64,000 nucleotides of DNA from Octopus vulgaris (GCA_951406725.2 OX597816.1:118420001-118484000); one strand, 5' to 3'. Positions 37,790-51,250 are shown, numbered from the stretch's first letter. The notes: generated by a model from the letters alone, not told the origin. Program-made: numbers and translations.

Positions 37790-38480
37790 CCTTCTGCCAC
37801 AAATTCCTTTCACTTATATAGTTTGGTACATCTTTGCACAAATATAAAAATTCATAAACTTCACACATCATTCCAGTGCACACCACAGCTGATTGTTTCA
37901 TTTTATACTCAATTTTCCACTCAGCTCATTTGACCTCTATCATTTATGCACACAAACAAGGAGACCATGATCACATAAATTACTTCCTACACTTCACACA
38001 TCTTCTGCATTCATTGCCCATATTTTGCAATTATTCAGTAGTACATTTCATACACATATTACACAACTTTTGCTCAAAGAGAGAATTCCTTTGTTGTCAG
38101 TAGATGTTATAGCTTCCTGAACTTTTTCCACCCTTACCATATTTTCAAAATATCCACCCCAATAAATGATTAGGTCACCTAGAAAACAAACTACTGCTTC
38201 TAAAGAGCTTTCTGGAAGTTTCAAATAATTTCATGAATGTTCTCATTGCTAACTACCATTGTGTACCTGCTGAATAGGGACTCCATCTCTATCAGCCTAC
38301 ATGTGATCCTATTGCATCTCTTGGGTTTATAACACAATTTACATTAGACAAACTGTATAGAAATCCTATCAAGACCTATTTTACACTTCAAGCAAAGTCA
38401 CTTTCCAAATGGCAGAGGCGATCTATATTCTTTCTGGTTGAGACTTTGCCAGGCTTTACTTTCATACTACTAGATTCTAG
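37790..38480 (-). mobile_element. Decayed RTE LINE C-terminal fragment
   Basis: SLEAVVCFLGDLI..GG; KKFRKL*HLLTTK; IWAMNAEDV; VKGICGR, in the order expected for the RTE C-terminus. Confidence 0.7.
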
Positions 38481-39398
38481 GCTCTGCATTCATCAGGTTT
38501 GGAATCTTTCCTCTGATACTGTAACTGATTTGGCTATCAGAACCAGCTAGCAAGCATACAAATGTTCCCAAAAATGTCAGTCTTGAACTCTTCCCCTTTA
38601 AACAAAAATATTACTGGTACACTTTGCATGAAAACTTTAAACAACATACTGTGCCAAAAACTGGAGAACCCTGATAGACACCTACTGCACACTAAATTTT
38701 TTACTGAACATTTTATACTATAACTTTCTCCTCACTAACAGCAACTCTGGGTATTATGTTGTTTTTTTTTCACATGCAAATGTATGCGCACATGCATGTG
38801 TGTTTCCCACTTTTCAAAATCAATTTGTATCTGTCACAAACAAGTTAACATTCCTATCTTCATAGAATTAATAGAAAGTGTTTGCTATGTTTCTTGTACA
38901 ATACTAGCTCAACAGTAAATAATTGATATATATACACACACACATATATACATAGACATACTCAATTTCAATTAGAACACTGAAAGACTAATATTTCTTC
39001 CATCTCTTAAGTGAATATTTAAAAAGTGAAGACAAGAATTATTGAATGAAATACAGAAAAACATATCTCTTTATTTCTATTTGATATCAATAAGATAAAA
39101 GCAAATATATTAAGTAATTTTGGCCTACATTTTATAATCAATTCTAAATTTCCATGTATATGTGTATATACACACACAATAGATGCACAACTATATAAAT
39201 TGAATTATAATCATAAAGATTTTTTTTTGCTTATTGCTATAATTGTTTATTAGCTTCACCTCCACACCACTTGTAACTTCTACGAGTTGGTTGGACATAT
39301 GTAAAAAGCTACATTTCTGGTTAGGTTTACTTTCTTGCAAGCTTAGAGGGGTTTTTTTTGTTTTTTTTCATGAAAACTGATCAAGGATTTTATTTTAA

Positions 39399-39740
39399 CC
39401 CTTTAGTGGCATTAGCCTGCCCAAATATTACATCCACTTTATGTTGAAACTGGCCAGATCTGGTCTCTCACACCTAGCCTGTAATGACATTCTAAAAATA
39501 ATCACATCTTTGAAATCTCAAACCTATACGGTTGTATTCTTTTATTTCCTTCAGTCATTTGACTGTGGTCATGTGGGAGCACCTCCTTAAATGGTTTTTA
39601 GTGAAAGAAATCAACCCCAGGACTTATTCTTTGTAAGCCTAGTACTTATTCTATCAGTCTCATTTGCCAAACTGCTAAGTTACAGGGACATAAACACACC
39701 CAACATCAATTGTCAAACGAAGGTGGGGAGATAAACACAG

Positions 39741-39796
<56 letters not shown>

Positions 39797-40022
39797 GGGC
39801 TTCTTTAAGTTTCTGTCAACTAAATCTACTCATAGGGCTTTGGTTAACAGAGGCTATAGTAGCTGACACTTGCCCAAGGTGCCATGTAGTGGGACTAAAC
39901 CCAGAACCATGTGATGAGAAGTAAGATTCTTACCACACAGCTATGCCTGCACACATGATAAATTTTTTTAAATGTCAATGAATAAGCATTACATTTGACA
40001 AAGTAATCTGAATGCAAAAGGG
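39399..40022 (+). mobile_element. MITE family A split by a family A SINE (about 39535-39950, minus)
   Basis: TTAA|ccctttag at 39395; MITE resumes catgat...aataagcattacatttgaca...aatctgaatgcaaaagg after the SINE. Confidence 0.82.
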
Positions 40023-40518
40023 TTATGAAAGGGAGATTGAAGATGTAATATTCATGTCTTTTCGAAATACTTTTGCAATGTAAAGAGAAAGGAGCAACAA
40101 GCACACCACAAAATGTAACTGCTGAATATCATATAAATAAATATACAGATATTACTGCAATTTACAAATGTTAGGTGCAGCAAAACAAATTTTTACACCT
40201 TTGCTGATTTCCACCTTTTCTCTTTTAATCACCTCTATGAAATTAATTGGTTCCAAAACTAGGTCATTGATTGAGTTAACTTTATCAAAAAGTTACTGCC
40301 ACAAAATCATAAAATGAAAAATTAAAATACAAAAAAAAAAAAAAGTTTGCTTTTCAACCACATGGCGCTGGGCTCCGTCACTGTGTTGCACTGTGGACAA
40401 GTATCTTCTACTATAGCCACAGGCTAACCAAAGCCTTGTGAGTGGATTTGGTAGACAGAAACTGAAAGAAACCCATTTTACACACACACATGGAAAGGAT
40501 TATTATTATTATTATTAT

Positions 40519-40735
40519 TAAGGTGGCAAGCTAGCAGAATTCTTAGCATGTCAGGCAAAATGTTTAGCAGCATTTTGTCCATCTTTACATTCTGAGTTCA
40601 AATTCTGCTGAGTTTAACTTGACTTTTCGTCCTTTCAGGATGAAATAACTACAAGTTACACACTGGGGTCAATGTAATCAACTTACCCTACCCTGAAAAT
40701 TTCAGGCATTGTACCTGTGGTAGAAAGAATTAATA
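40519..40735 (+). mobile_element. SINE family C copy
   Basis: aaggtggcaagctagcagaattcttagc...ttctgagttcaaattc. Confidence 0.8.
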
Positions 40736-40739
40736 TTAT

Positions 40740-41100
40740 TATTACTATTATTATTTTTTTTATTATTGAGTGAGAGAGCAGTGCATGCCATCAAAGTGGC
40801 ACTGGGGTAAAATATACAAAGCCATCTGATAAGGGTACATACACCAGGCATATGCATCACAACCATATGTGTGTGACATGGTGATCTCATATCAAGATAA
40901 ACAGCGTATGACCTTGCAGGTAGGGCCCAGTTAGAATTTTCTTCTAGTCAAGTAGCCCATCCCACTCAAAAGATCCCTGAATAAGGATTGTTTAAGGATG
41001 TTGAACGAACCACCCACGTTTCCAAAGTGAATTATCCAAACCTCTAAGAATTCCTTTCAACACATGGATATGATGCTCCCCCACTACTTCTGCTTCTAAA
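40740..41100 (-). mobile_element. Probable RLE-type LINE 3' end/UTR with (AAT)n tail
   Basis: Minus strand AEVVGEHHIHVLKGIL resembles RLE C-termini; ends in aataataa repeats. Confidence 0.45.
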
Positions 41101-41145
41101 GAGATCCCCTTCTCTCCATTCCTTTTCTACCCATCAATGATGCCT

Positions 41146-43438
41146 TTAACTCTTTTTAAAATGCTTGACGTAAATTTATACATGCAATGTTCATGCTTTA
41201 AATCGGTCAATGTAATTATATGCCACCTGACTAAGTACCATCCACTTGCTAACTTAAATGTTTTATTTGCTGATTAAATGTTTTATTGTAAATATTTGCA
41301 ACCTGAGAGGCTGGTCCTGCCACTCCGGTTCTGTCAACTTTGTCATTGCATCCAGTTTCATTGAATTTACAGGCATCGTGTCCTACCACTCCAGGTCCAT
41401 CAACTTTGTCAAGGCGAACTGTTTCATCGAATTTACAGTTGTTGCACCAAGCTACACCAAGCTCCACCACCTCACCAATTGTTTCTTCCAGTTCAGACGA
41501 TGACTCAGAGAGTTAGCATCTTCCTAGTTCAGAATCAGATGATTCCGATCGCAATGATGATATTCCAGTGAATCAAAGGTACAGGCAGGCAGCAGTGAAT
41601 GTCGTGTGGCAAGCAAGAGATAATTTCATCCGACAGCATGGGTTTATTGGTACACCTGGCATAAAAGCAAACCTTGAATATGGAAGTTCACCACTGGAAA
41701 TCTTTCATGAGTTTTTGATGGATGAAATATTCCAATATATAGCAAATGAAACGAATGACTGTGCTGAAATCCATCTTCAGCATGTCAGACCCAGGCATGG
41801 TGGTGATTGGTTTCCAATCATAGGGAACAAAATCAAAGTTCTGCTTGCCCTGCTGATACTAATGGGTATCGTGAAGAAACCATTCCTGGCATCATATTGG
41901 AATTGGGATCCAGCCAAGTTGACCTTTTTTTTTCTGGAAACAATGCCATGTGGTCAATTTTTGGCACTTCGTCAAAATCTACATTTCAACTCAGGCAAGA
42001 ACCAGGATGACAGGCTGCTCAAAATACATCCTATCATTGACAAAGTGGCTGAAAATTCCACAACAGTGTATGTCCTCACATAGGACATTTGTACAGACAG
42101 GAGTTTGTGGAAATTCAAAGGAAGGCTCTGATTCAAACAATACAACCCAAACCAAACATGCTCGCTTTGGAGTCAAGGTTTATAAAGTATGCTTGTCAAC
42201 TGGCACAGCCTGTGTGTATACATGGAATTACAAAATCTACACTGGTCAGGACAGATTGGATCGTCCAGCATCTACACTAGCATCAACTGATGTGTTATCA
42301 CTGAATGAAAACTTGTCTGACGAAGGCTACAATATTTATATGGACAACTGGTTTTCCAGTCTAGACCTCTTCCTGCACCTACAGGCAAGTGGGACTGTGA
42401 GGACGCACAGAAAAAACATGCCACCTGATCTTCACAAGATAAAACTTCGAGAAGGGAAACAGTGTACCAATGCACCAATAGTGGCATTCTCGCTCTAGTG
42501 TGGCATGACAAGAAAAACGTCTGCATGTTATCCACAATGCATTTTGTAAGCATGAAGGAGACTAGAAAACAAGATGCAGATGGTAATGCCATAATGAAAC
42601 CAAGTGTAGCTGTTTCATACAATGAAGGGATCGGCGGGGTCGATCACTCAGATCAGCTGGTGATGACACACAAATCAGTTAGAAAATTTGTGAAATGGTA
42701 CAAAAAAATGTTCTAGTAAATAGTTGACATGTATGTCATAAACTCACATTTAATTTGGCAGATGCTTGGTGATGTAGGGGATAGATTGACATTCAGAAAT
42801 CTATTGTTCTGTGAAATGATAGAAGCATCAGACCTGCCAAAGTACAGAACGCGTGGATGTTACCACACCAGTCTCTCTCCTCACCGCATGGTGAAGGGAA
42901 GTGGACATTTTCCATGACTGTTGCCCCCCACCACCAAGAAGAAAAATGCTTCAAAGAGATGCACAGTATGTAAAGCAAAAGGGAAACGTAAGGAAACTAG
43001 ATACCATTGTTCACAATATGATATGCCACTGTGTGTCCTGTTTTGAACTCTACCACAATAAAGGCAATTTTTTAATTCATGTGATTGTAAATACATGAAG
43101 TTGATCTGATTTGTGCTGCCGAGTGATCTTATTCAGGAATAATACTACATAAGCATCCTGCACAGGGATATTGTTTCGGTAAATAAACAGTACTTGCACT
43201 AAAGCTGTTGATGTAAATATGTCAAACGTTATCTTGCATTGAGTACTGACCTCAATTAGCGTGATTACCATTGCCATATGCAGGCAATCAAATGAAATAC
43301 CACCATAAACTGGTTAAAGTGGTTGATGTAAATATATGCTGAATCACTGTCATGCATTAATTGCTGATCTCAGCTGAGATGATTACCATCAATGCAACTT
43401 AGCTGTTCAAAAAAAAAAACTGTTGTCATGGGTTTTAA
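41146..43438 (+). mobile_element. Near full-length decayed piggyBac (PGBD4-like) DNA transposon; termini not firmly resolved
   Basis: Transposase relic flanked by subterminal tgaYgtaaatWtat motifs at both ends; TTAA at about 41146 and 43435. Confidence 0.8.
41250..43061 (+). pseudogene. piggyBac DDD transposase pseudogene
   Basis: SPLEIFHEF...IANETN, LILMGIVKKP..YW, D1 DRSLWKFKGR..FKQY..RFGVK, D2 IYMDNWFSS, D3 YNEGIGGVDHSDQ, C-terminal CTVC...ETRYHC...LCV..CF..YH. Several stops and frameshifts. Confidence 0.92.
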
Positions 43439-43439
43439 C

Positions 43440-44770
43440 TGACATGCTAAATAGATCAGGATTTGGAAACAAAAGCTATGGTAAGACATATTTGTATATG
43501 GATGATCTCAAATTGTATGCTGCAAAAGATAAACGAGCAGAAACACTACTGCAGATAGTACACAGATTTACCAAAGAAATCAATATGAGATTCAGCTCAG
43601 AAAAATGTGAAGGTGATCTTGGAGAAAGGAAAATTAATTAAAAACATCAATGACAAACTAGATAAAGAAACTGAGAAAAGAGAATTAAACCAAACAGGGA
43701 CATAAAAAAATACTTAACAATTAAGAATTATTAAAGCCATATTGGATTAATACTTAGTATAGAAATAAATGCAACAAATAAATTAATAGGCATCACTATT
43801 CATGCTACTCCAAGAATAAGTTACTATGAGGTGGCATCAAAAGATTCTCAGACTAGTTATTTACTTAAGTTTTAACATCATCTCCTTCAAAATAATGACC
43901 TTGCATACCAATACTCTGGTCCCAGTGTTCTTGCCACTTTTGGAATCCAGTCTGAAAGTCGCTTTCCATAAACAAGTCAAGGACCTTCTATGGTTCACTC
44001 TGGATCTTGACAACAGTGTTAAAATAATGACTTTTGAACTGCATTTTCATCTTGGGAGAGAGACTGAAGTCCACAGGGTGCTAAATCTGGCAAATAGGGC
44101 AGATGCGGAAATGACACCATTTTGTTGGAGAGCTCGGTAACAGATACATTATCATCATGAATAATCCAATACTATAGTGCTTCACAGACCCAGTTGCTTT
44201 CACCAAATGTCCTCCCTCAAACACTTCAAAACATTGCAATAGAACTCTAAATTGACGATCTGGCCCTGGGAGGATGAATTCTCAATGCTAAAATACCACA
44301 TTTCCAGGGTTGACACTCGTGACGTGTCTGCCAGATCACTCATCATCTTCTAGAGACCTTCCTCTGCTTTTGAAGTATCCATGCCACTCAAAACATTGTA
44401 TATGACCCACTGTCTCATTGCTGGAAGCTTGCCAAAGCATGCCTCTGTAGTAGAGCTCCCAAGTTTAACACAAAATTTCACACTGGCTCTTTGTTCCTGT
44501 CCATGACTACAGCATACATGTGATCACAAAAGCATAAATTTCACAACTTGCCAAATAAACACAGGGATGTCACTTGGCACACTGCGTTCTGAACATCCCT
44601 GTTAGCTCTCATTGTACATACAACAGTTTGCTGCCATCTGTTGGCTACAGAATTAGTCAGGGTACTTTTTGATACCACCTCATAACTTACTGATAGAAAA
44701 ACTAACAAAAATAAAACCACATTTAGAATACACAATTCAACCCAAATACAAGATAAGAAACTTATGCAAG
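43440..44770 (+). mobile_element. RLE-type (R4/Dong-like) RT fragment, interrupted by a mariner
   Basis: LYMDDLKLYA...LLQIVHRFTKEINMRFSSEKC; NKLIGI; DRKT after the mariner. Confidence 0.8.
43827..44682 (-). mobile_element. Internally deleted mariner (DD34D-type) with ~30-bp TIRs and TA TSD
   Basis: TA|tgaggtggcatcaaaagattctcagactagtt ... aattagtcagggtactttttgataccacctca|TA; minus strand EQRASVKFCVKLG, FEWH..F...LEDDE, IHDDN, PHLPYLPDLAPC, FQKWQEHWDQSIGMQGHYFEG. Confidence 0.93.
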
Positions 44771-44831
44771 TAGAAAACTATCTCCTAATATAATAATGAA
44801 TGCAGTGACTTTATATATTTGTGTGTGTGTA

Positions 44832-44872
<41 letters not shown>

Positions 44873-45449
44873 TTGTCCAGAATCATGCCGGATACGGAGG
44901 AGGAGAGAAAATAGTGATTCAGTGAAGGAGAAGTAGTGTAAGTAATAGGCCTAACTGAGAGGGAGTGAAAGAAAGGAAGGGGTGATAGATAAGGAAGGAA
45001 GGTCTGAAAAAAAAAAATCAGCATTTCAACTCTGTGTAAGTATGCGTGTGTGTATACAAAGGAAGTATGTCAGTGTTTGTATGTGTGATTATTATGTACT
45101 TTATTTATATGTAAAATACAACAATTAGCAGTCATTATTGACAGCACATGGTCAGCTAGTTACAAAATATTTACCAAAGTGCTACAACAATACCTAATAC
45201 AGAACCATAGAAAATTAACACAAAATGATACAAAATTTGATCAAAATATAAAATGTTTTCTGTATTCAAAGAAACTGAAACAGAGGCTGCCATGATCTTT
45301 AGTTATGGTGAATAAAAAAAAACAAGTGAAATCATGACACAGCTAAAATCTTGCTAAAGAATGGTACTACAGAATGCCATGTTGAAGAGATGGCAAAGAA
45401 ATCCCCAACAATACAGGCAAAATCCAAACAGAATGGAAGACAAGGAAAT

Positions 45450-45960
45450 ATCCTAGCTCTTGCTGAGAAGTGAAGGACTTAAAACAGAGACTTAAGTCGT
45501 TTTGACTGTGACAAGGAATCAAAGACTCCCTACCAGAAGTCACCAAAAGTCCATAAAATATAATACAATAAATGCAAAATATGTGGAAATGAAGGAGAAA
45601 CAATTGACTACATTATCTCAGGCTGCTCAATCTGGGCCAAAAAAGCATACATTCACAAAGACAAAAACAGAGCTTGGGTTTATAGATACTATAAGTTATG
45701 CCAGCACTCTGAAATACAAAGAAAGAAGAGATGATATAAGCATACATCAGAAAAGGTCTCCAAAAATACCATAGCAACCAAACTCTGAAATATATCACTA
45801 TACACAAACAGAGAGATCAAGGCTAATCAACCAGATAGTGTTCCCAAGAACCACCAGGAAGAGAAATACTTTCTAAGTGACATATCACTCCCAACACACA
45901 ATGTATCCCAAAAAAGAAATGGCAAAATTATACAAATATAAAAATACGGAAATAGAGAAA
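45450..45960 (+). mobile_element. RLE-type LINE C-terminus (zinc knuckle + restriction-like endonuclease)
   Basis: KCKICGNEGETIDYIISGC (CCHC with H>Y), TNREIKANQPD...DISLP...KEMAKLYKY. Probably the same element as 43440-44770. Confidence 0.8.
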
Positions 45961-46539
45961 ACATACACAGGACAGGCTTCCACACAATATCCATCTACTA
46001 AATTCTAAATTAACTTATAAAATGGTTGATCCAGTGCTATAGTAGAAGGCACTAACCCAAGGTGTTGCACAGTGGAACTTAACCAGAAATTATGTGGTTG
46101 CAAAGCAAGCTACTTAAGCACACAGCCATGTCTGAGACTGGGTCGTTGGAAGCCTGGTGGGTGGACAGTAGCTGTAATTCTCAAGTTCACCCATGTCATA
46201 TTATGTAACACTAATTTCATCTGAGAATTACAATAAGAGTAAAAGTGTCTCTGGAATACTCAGCCACTCTCATGTTAATTCAACAAGCCTGATTAATTCA
46301 CTTGACTGAACCAATGAATACTGTGTTGTTAATTTGTTTACTTTCACATTGCATGGTTTCAAGTCCAGTCCTGCTCAATGGTACCTATTAATTTTTGAAA
46401 CCTGAAACTTTATGAGGACAAAAACCAACAGCAGTTGTCACTCAATGGGTTTCTTTCAGTTTCCATCTACCAAATTCATCCACAAAACATTGGTTGGCCC
46501 AGGGCTAGAACCATGAACCATGTAGTTAGCAAGGACACT

Positions 46540-46775
46540 TCTTATTTCTTTACTGCCCACAAGGGGCTACACACAGAGAGGAAAAACAATGACAGACAAA
46601 CGGATTAAGTCGATTATATCGACCCCAGTGCGTAACTGGTACTTATTTAATCAACCCTGAAAGGATGAAAGGCAAAGTTGACCTTGGTGGAATTTAAACT
46701 CAGAACGCAGAGGCAGACGAAATACTGCTAAGCATTTTGCCCGCCATGCTAACGTTTCTGCCAGCTCACTGCCTT
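46540..46775 (-). mobile_element. Young SINE family C with alternative tail, inserted in a family A head fragment
   Basis: Minus strand ggcagtgagctggcagaaacgttagc...ccttgtgggcagtaaagaaataag; host sequence acacttct is repeated on both sides (about 46535 and 46782). Confidence 0.85.
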
Positions 46776-47546
46776 AACAAGAACACTTCTACCACACAAC
46801 CATGCCTTCCAAATTTGCATTTCATCCACATACTCAGCATGAAACAATGCAACTGCTTATATGATGATGATGATAATGGTGGTGGTGGTGGTGGTATTTG
46901 CTATAAAAGTGTGTTAGGTAACTCAGAGAGTTTTCATACAAAAGGACAAGGAAATAATTACCTAGGAAACAATGAGAGTTGACAACAGGAGTGACAGTAG
47001 AAAATGTCACTTTAACAAGTCTCTTCCAACACATGTTAACATGGGGAAAAAGAGATGCAACAAATGATGATGATGATGATATATATTAAACAAATACTCA
47101 AACTTAAAATTCACCTGCAAACATACACATGAACGCATACAGAAATGCAACACTAAAAAAATAAAAAAGTTAGAACACCATCGATGATAGTAAAAATACT
47201 TGGATATATAAATATATAAATGGGTTTGGCTGAACAAGAAAGAAGTTTGCTTCACAGTCACATGGCTTTCACTTCAGACAATTTAAGCAAGTGTCTTCTA
47301 CTATAACCCCAGGACAAACAAGATTGAGTTAGTTTATTTGGTAGATGGAAACTGCCTGGAAATTCATTTTCTCTCTGTCACTCTCTCTGCACACACACAT
47401 ACAAGTACGTGCATAATTGTGCTTGAGTTTTGTCTCTCACAGACTGACAACCTCTTAGTCTGTTTGCATCCATACAACCTAATGGTCTAATGAACAACAG
47501 AAGTACTACGAAGTGCAAAATAAGCACTGAAGTCGATTTGATTAAT

Positions 47547-47564
47547 ATACACACACACACACAC

Positions 47565-47650
<86 letters not shown>

Positions 47651-47668
47651 TGTGTATATATATAGATA

Positions 47669-47709
<41 letters not shown>

Positions 47710-47724
47710 ACACACACACACACA
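47547..47724. repeat. Compound microsatellite (CA)(TG)(TA)(GA)(TG)(TA)(CA)
   Basis: Directly visible. Confidence 0.97.
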
Positions 47725-48366
47725 GTCAAAAGTTATCTGCACATTCGCCAAAACGTATCTTTATCAATGTCACACTGCCTTCTGTGCATATAGCTGGTAC
47801 TATTGTGATTACGTGATCAAAGTTTGAGCCTGATTGTGCCATTTTCCTTTCTGGCATCAAAGTGTAAGCATGGCCACTTTACTAGCATTGTGCCCCAAAG
47901 AAGAACAAAAATCAGTGATCTGAGATATTGTAATGGAGAATCCGGTTCACCATTACCATCTCTTGAGATTGCTGAATCTTTTCATCAGTGGTGGAGGTTG
48001 ATGGACATCCTGCTCCCTCTCTATGCATCATGATTGTCTGCCCACTTTAAAACTTCTCAATCCATTCATAAACACTTCTACGCAGTAGTGCACTGTCCCC
48101 ATATTGTACTAAAAGCCTCTGATGAATTTCAGCACCTGACACACCTTTTGACCAGACAAATCAGATCGCTTCTCTTTGTTCTTCTTTGGTGCACTTTGAG
48201 TGGAGTGGCCATGCTTACACTGTAAAACCAGAAAGAAAAATGGCACATTCAGGCTCAAACGTTGATCATGTGACCACAATAGTACCAGCTAGAAGCATGC
48301 ATGCACAGAAGGCAGTGTGACAATGATAAAGATATGCCATGTCAAAAGTGCAGATAAGTTTTGACT
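47724..48366. mobile_element. Mariner-derived foldback element made of two inverted 5' ends
   Basis: About 190-bp inverted arms agtcaaaa.ttatctgcac...gtgtaagcatggccact...ccaaagaagaacaaa; minus arm encodes CTKEEQREAI*FVWSKGVSGAEIHQRLLVQYGDSALLRRSVYEWIEKF. Confidence 0.88.
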
Positions 48367-48452
48367 TCACTTGATGGAAAAAGGACGTTAAACGATGATG
48401 ATGATATATATATATATACACACACACACTATATATATATATATACATACAT

Positions 48453-48628
48453 ATGAGGGGGTAATGAAAAGTTCCTGGCTTTGGGTAACAGAAAATACGG
48501 GAGGATCAGTTAATTATGATTTTCTTCAACATATTCTCCTCTAAGATTGACACACTTATTACAGCAGTCCTTCACTTTTCCTAAGCCCTGTAAAATAACA
48601 CAGATGGTTGGGCCTCTGACCTGGTATT
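48453..48628 (-). mobile_element. Mariner 3'-terminal fragment
   Basis: TA|tgagggggtaatgaaaagttcctggc terminus; CNKCVNLRGEYVE C-terminal motif. Confidence 0.82.
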
Positions 48629-48679
48629 TTGCAATATATATATTCTTTCTTTCTTTTTTTTTCTTTCTTTTTTTTTTTG

Positions 48680-49080
48680 CTTTTGTTCCAGTCATTTGAC
48701 TGTAGCCATGCTAGAACACTGCCTTAAAAGATGTTTTAGTCAAAAGAATCAACCCCAGGATTTCTTATTAGTAAGCCTAGTACTTATTCTAGCAGTTTCT
48801 TTTGCTAAACTACCAAGTTATGGGGATGTAAACACACCAACATTGGTTGTCAAGCAATGGTCAGGGGACAAACACAGATACAAAGGCACACACACACATA
48901 TATATATATATCACACACACACAACAGGCTTCTTTCAGTTTCTGTCCACCAAATCCACTCACAAGGCTTTGTTTGGCACAAGGCTATAGTAGAAGACACT
49001 TGCCCAAGGTGCCATACAGTGGGACTGAACCCAGAACCATATGGTTGTGAAGCAAGCTTCTTACCACATAGCCATGCCTA
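48680..49080 (-). mobile_element. Full-length SINE family A
   Basis: Matches 10162-10550 along its length. Confidence 0.85.
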
Positions 49081-49097
49081 TATATCATCATTATAAT

Positions 49098-49228
49098 CAG
49101 GGCTGTGGAGTCGGAGTAAAAAACAATCAAGGGGTAGCTGGAGACGGAGTCGGAAAAATATACCACAATCACTTAATTACACCGAGGAATTGAAGGTGCC
49201 AATAGCAGAGGAGTCGGAGTTGAGATTT
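49098..49228 (+). mobile_element. hAT-like terminal fragment with GGAGTC subterminal repeats
   Basis: cagggctgtggagtcggagt...ggagacggagtcgg...ggagtcggagttg; no partner TIR seen. Confidence 0.55.
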
Positions 49229-49811
49229 TGCAATGTTAGATGTCCTTCCTAACACCAGCCACTTTACAGAATGTGCTGAATGCTTTTCACGTGGTACCAG
49301 CATGGGTGCATTTATATGGCAGCAGCATGAGCACATTTTCTGTGGAGCCAACATGAGTGAAATCCATGCAGTACTGGCACAAGTGCATTTTACATGTCAC
49401 CAACACCTGCAAGACTATACATGCATGCATACATACATACATACATACATAGCTATATGAAAAGAAAGAATATACAGTTAAAAGAAGAAAAGAAAGTCTG
49501 CTGAAATCAATTGACAGGTCTACATATAAAATTCCTAGGTACATTTTATTTTTCTCTAATGAAATTATGCTCAAGCCACATAAATGCAAATTAAATGAAT
49601 AAATTTGTAATTAAATTACTGAGTATTCATTGAAACAGCTGTAAGAAGCAAAATTGGCCAATTTGTTAGTAACAGATAGTTGTTAACTTCCTAATATCCA
49701 CTCTCTTTTTTTCTTTTAAATGGATATAAACTATATGCTTTCTACATACCTATTGTTTTAAGGGAATTTCATTCCCCAACAATACTCGGTATTTAAACAT
49801 TCATGAGCTTA

Positions 49812-50000
49812 TCATCATCATCATCATTTAACATCCGCTTTATATGCTGTCATGGGTTGGACAGTTTGACTGAGGACTGGCAAGCCAGGAGGCTGCACCA
49901 GGCTCCAGTCTGATCTAGCAAGGATTTCTACAACTGGATGCCCTTCCTAATGACAACCACTCCAAGTGTAGTGGGTGCTTTTTAAATGCTACTGCTATGT
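49812..50000 (-). mobile_element. SINE family D 3' portion
   Basis: (cat)n ttaacatccgc...ctggatgcccttcctaatgacaaccactcc. Confidence 0.8.
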
Positions 50001-50054
50001 AAAAAGCACCAACTACACATATCCTCTAATTGAATATATGTGTGTGTGTGTATG

Positions 50055-50086
<32 letters not shown>

Positions 50087-50548
50087 CATGTGTGTGTGTG
50101 TGTGTGTGTGCACACATTAGTTAAATCAACTACAGTGCATACAAGGGTGTGTATGTTTATATGTACACGCACACATATGTATATGCATATACAAATATAT
50201 ACACACAGATATACATGCACGGATTTGCTTATACAATGAAACACTAAAATTGAATGTTAAGAAATGAATTGAAAAGTAAATATGTAATAATGAATAATAA
50301 CGAATAATGATTAATAATGATACATAAATGACAAAATAAATGCAAACCAATTTGAAGAAATTCAAATGATATTAATGAAAAATGAAGATTGCACAGCTGC
50401 ATATACAACTCATTTGTATAAGTACAAATTACTGAAGCAGAAAATTAAAAAATACTTAAATGTTCTTAATTAACCGGAATGTTTTTTTATTATGTCCCAC
50501 CCCCAACCCATGAAATGGAGATTTCAGATCACTAACAGAAATCAATTA

Positions 50549-50706
50549 CATATATATGTATGTATGTATGAATGTATGTGTGTATGTATATATGTATATA
50601 TATATATATATATATATGTGTGTATGTATATATATATGTATATATATATATATATGTATGTATATGTATGTATGTATATATATATATGTGTGTGTATGTA
50701 TGTGTG

Positions 50707-50743
<37 letters not shown>

Positions 50744-50980
50744 GTATGTATATGTATGTATGTATGTATGTATGTATATATATATATATATGTAAGTGAT
50801 TGGCTAAACCATATAGAATACAACTGAATATGAAAATAGGATCAAAACATAGGGAGTGAGAAGTGGAGACATACATGAGATTTCAAAAGACTGCAATGTG
50901 CTTAAATAGAGCAAAATAAATAAGACAGTACAGCCAAAGTACATTAATATTTTGTTGAAATGATCTATGAATGTGACTCT

Positions 50981-51022
<42 letters not shown>

Positions 51023-51067
51023 AATATTATGCCCCAAAACACATACACTTAAACACACTATACAGAC

Positions 51068-51098
<31 letters not shown>

Positions 51099-51137
51099 TA
51101 TATATACATACACACATATATATACATACATTTATAT

Positions 51138-51180
<43 letters not shown>

Positions 51181-51218
51181 TGCACATATACACACATATG
51201 CACATATACAAATACATA

Positions 51219-51250
<32 letters not shown>

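Noticed and set aside
37558-37800. 80-aa acidic ORF (EGDDDDEDYGDDD) as a gene exon
   Set aside because: It adjoins the end of a decayed RTE, the acidic run is (GAT)n-like low complexity, and there are no convincing splice signals.
41568-42716. Domesticated PGBD gene
   Set aside because: Multiple in-frame stops and frameshifts split the transposase, and no splice sites rescue the frame.
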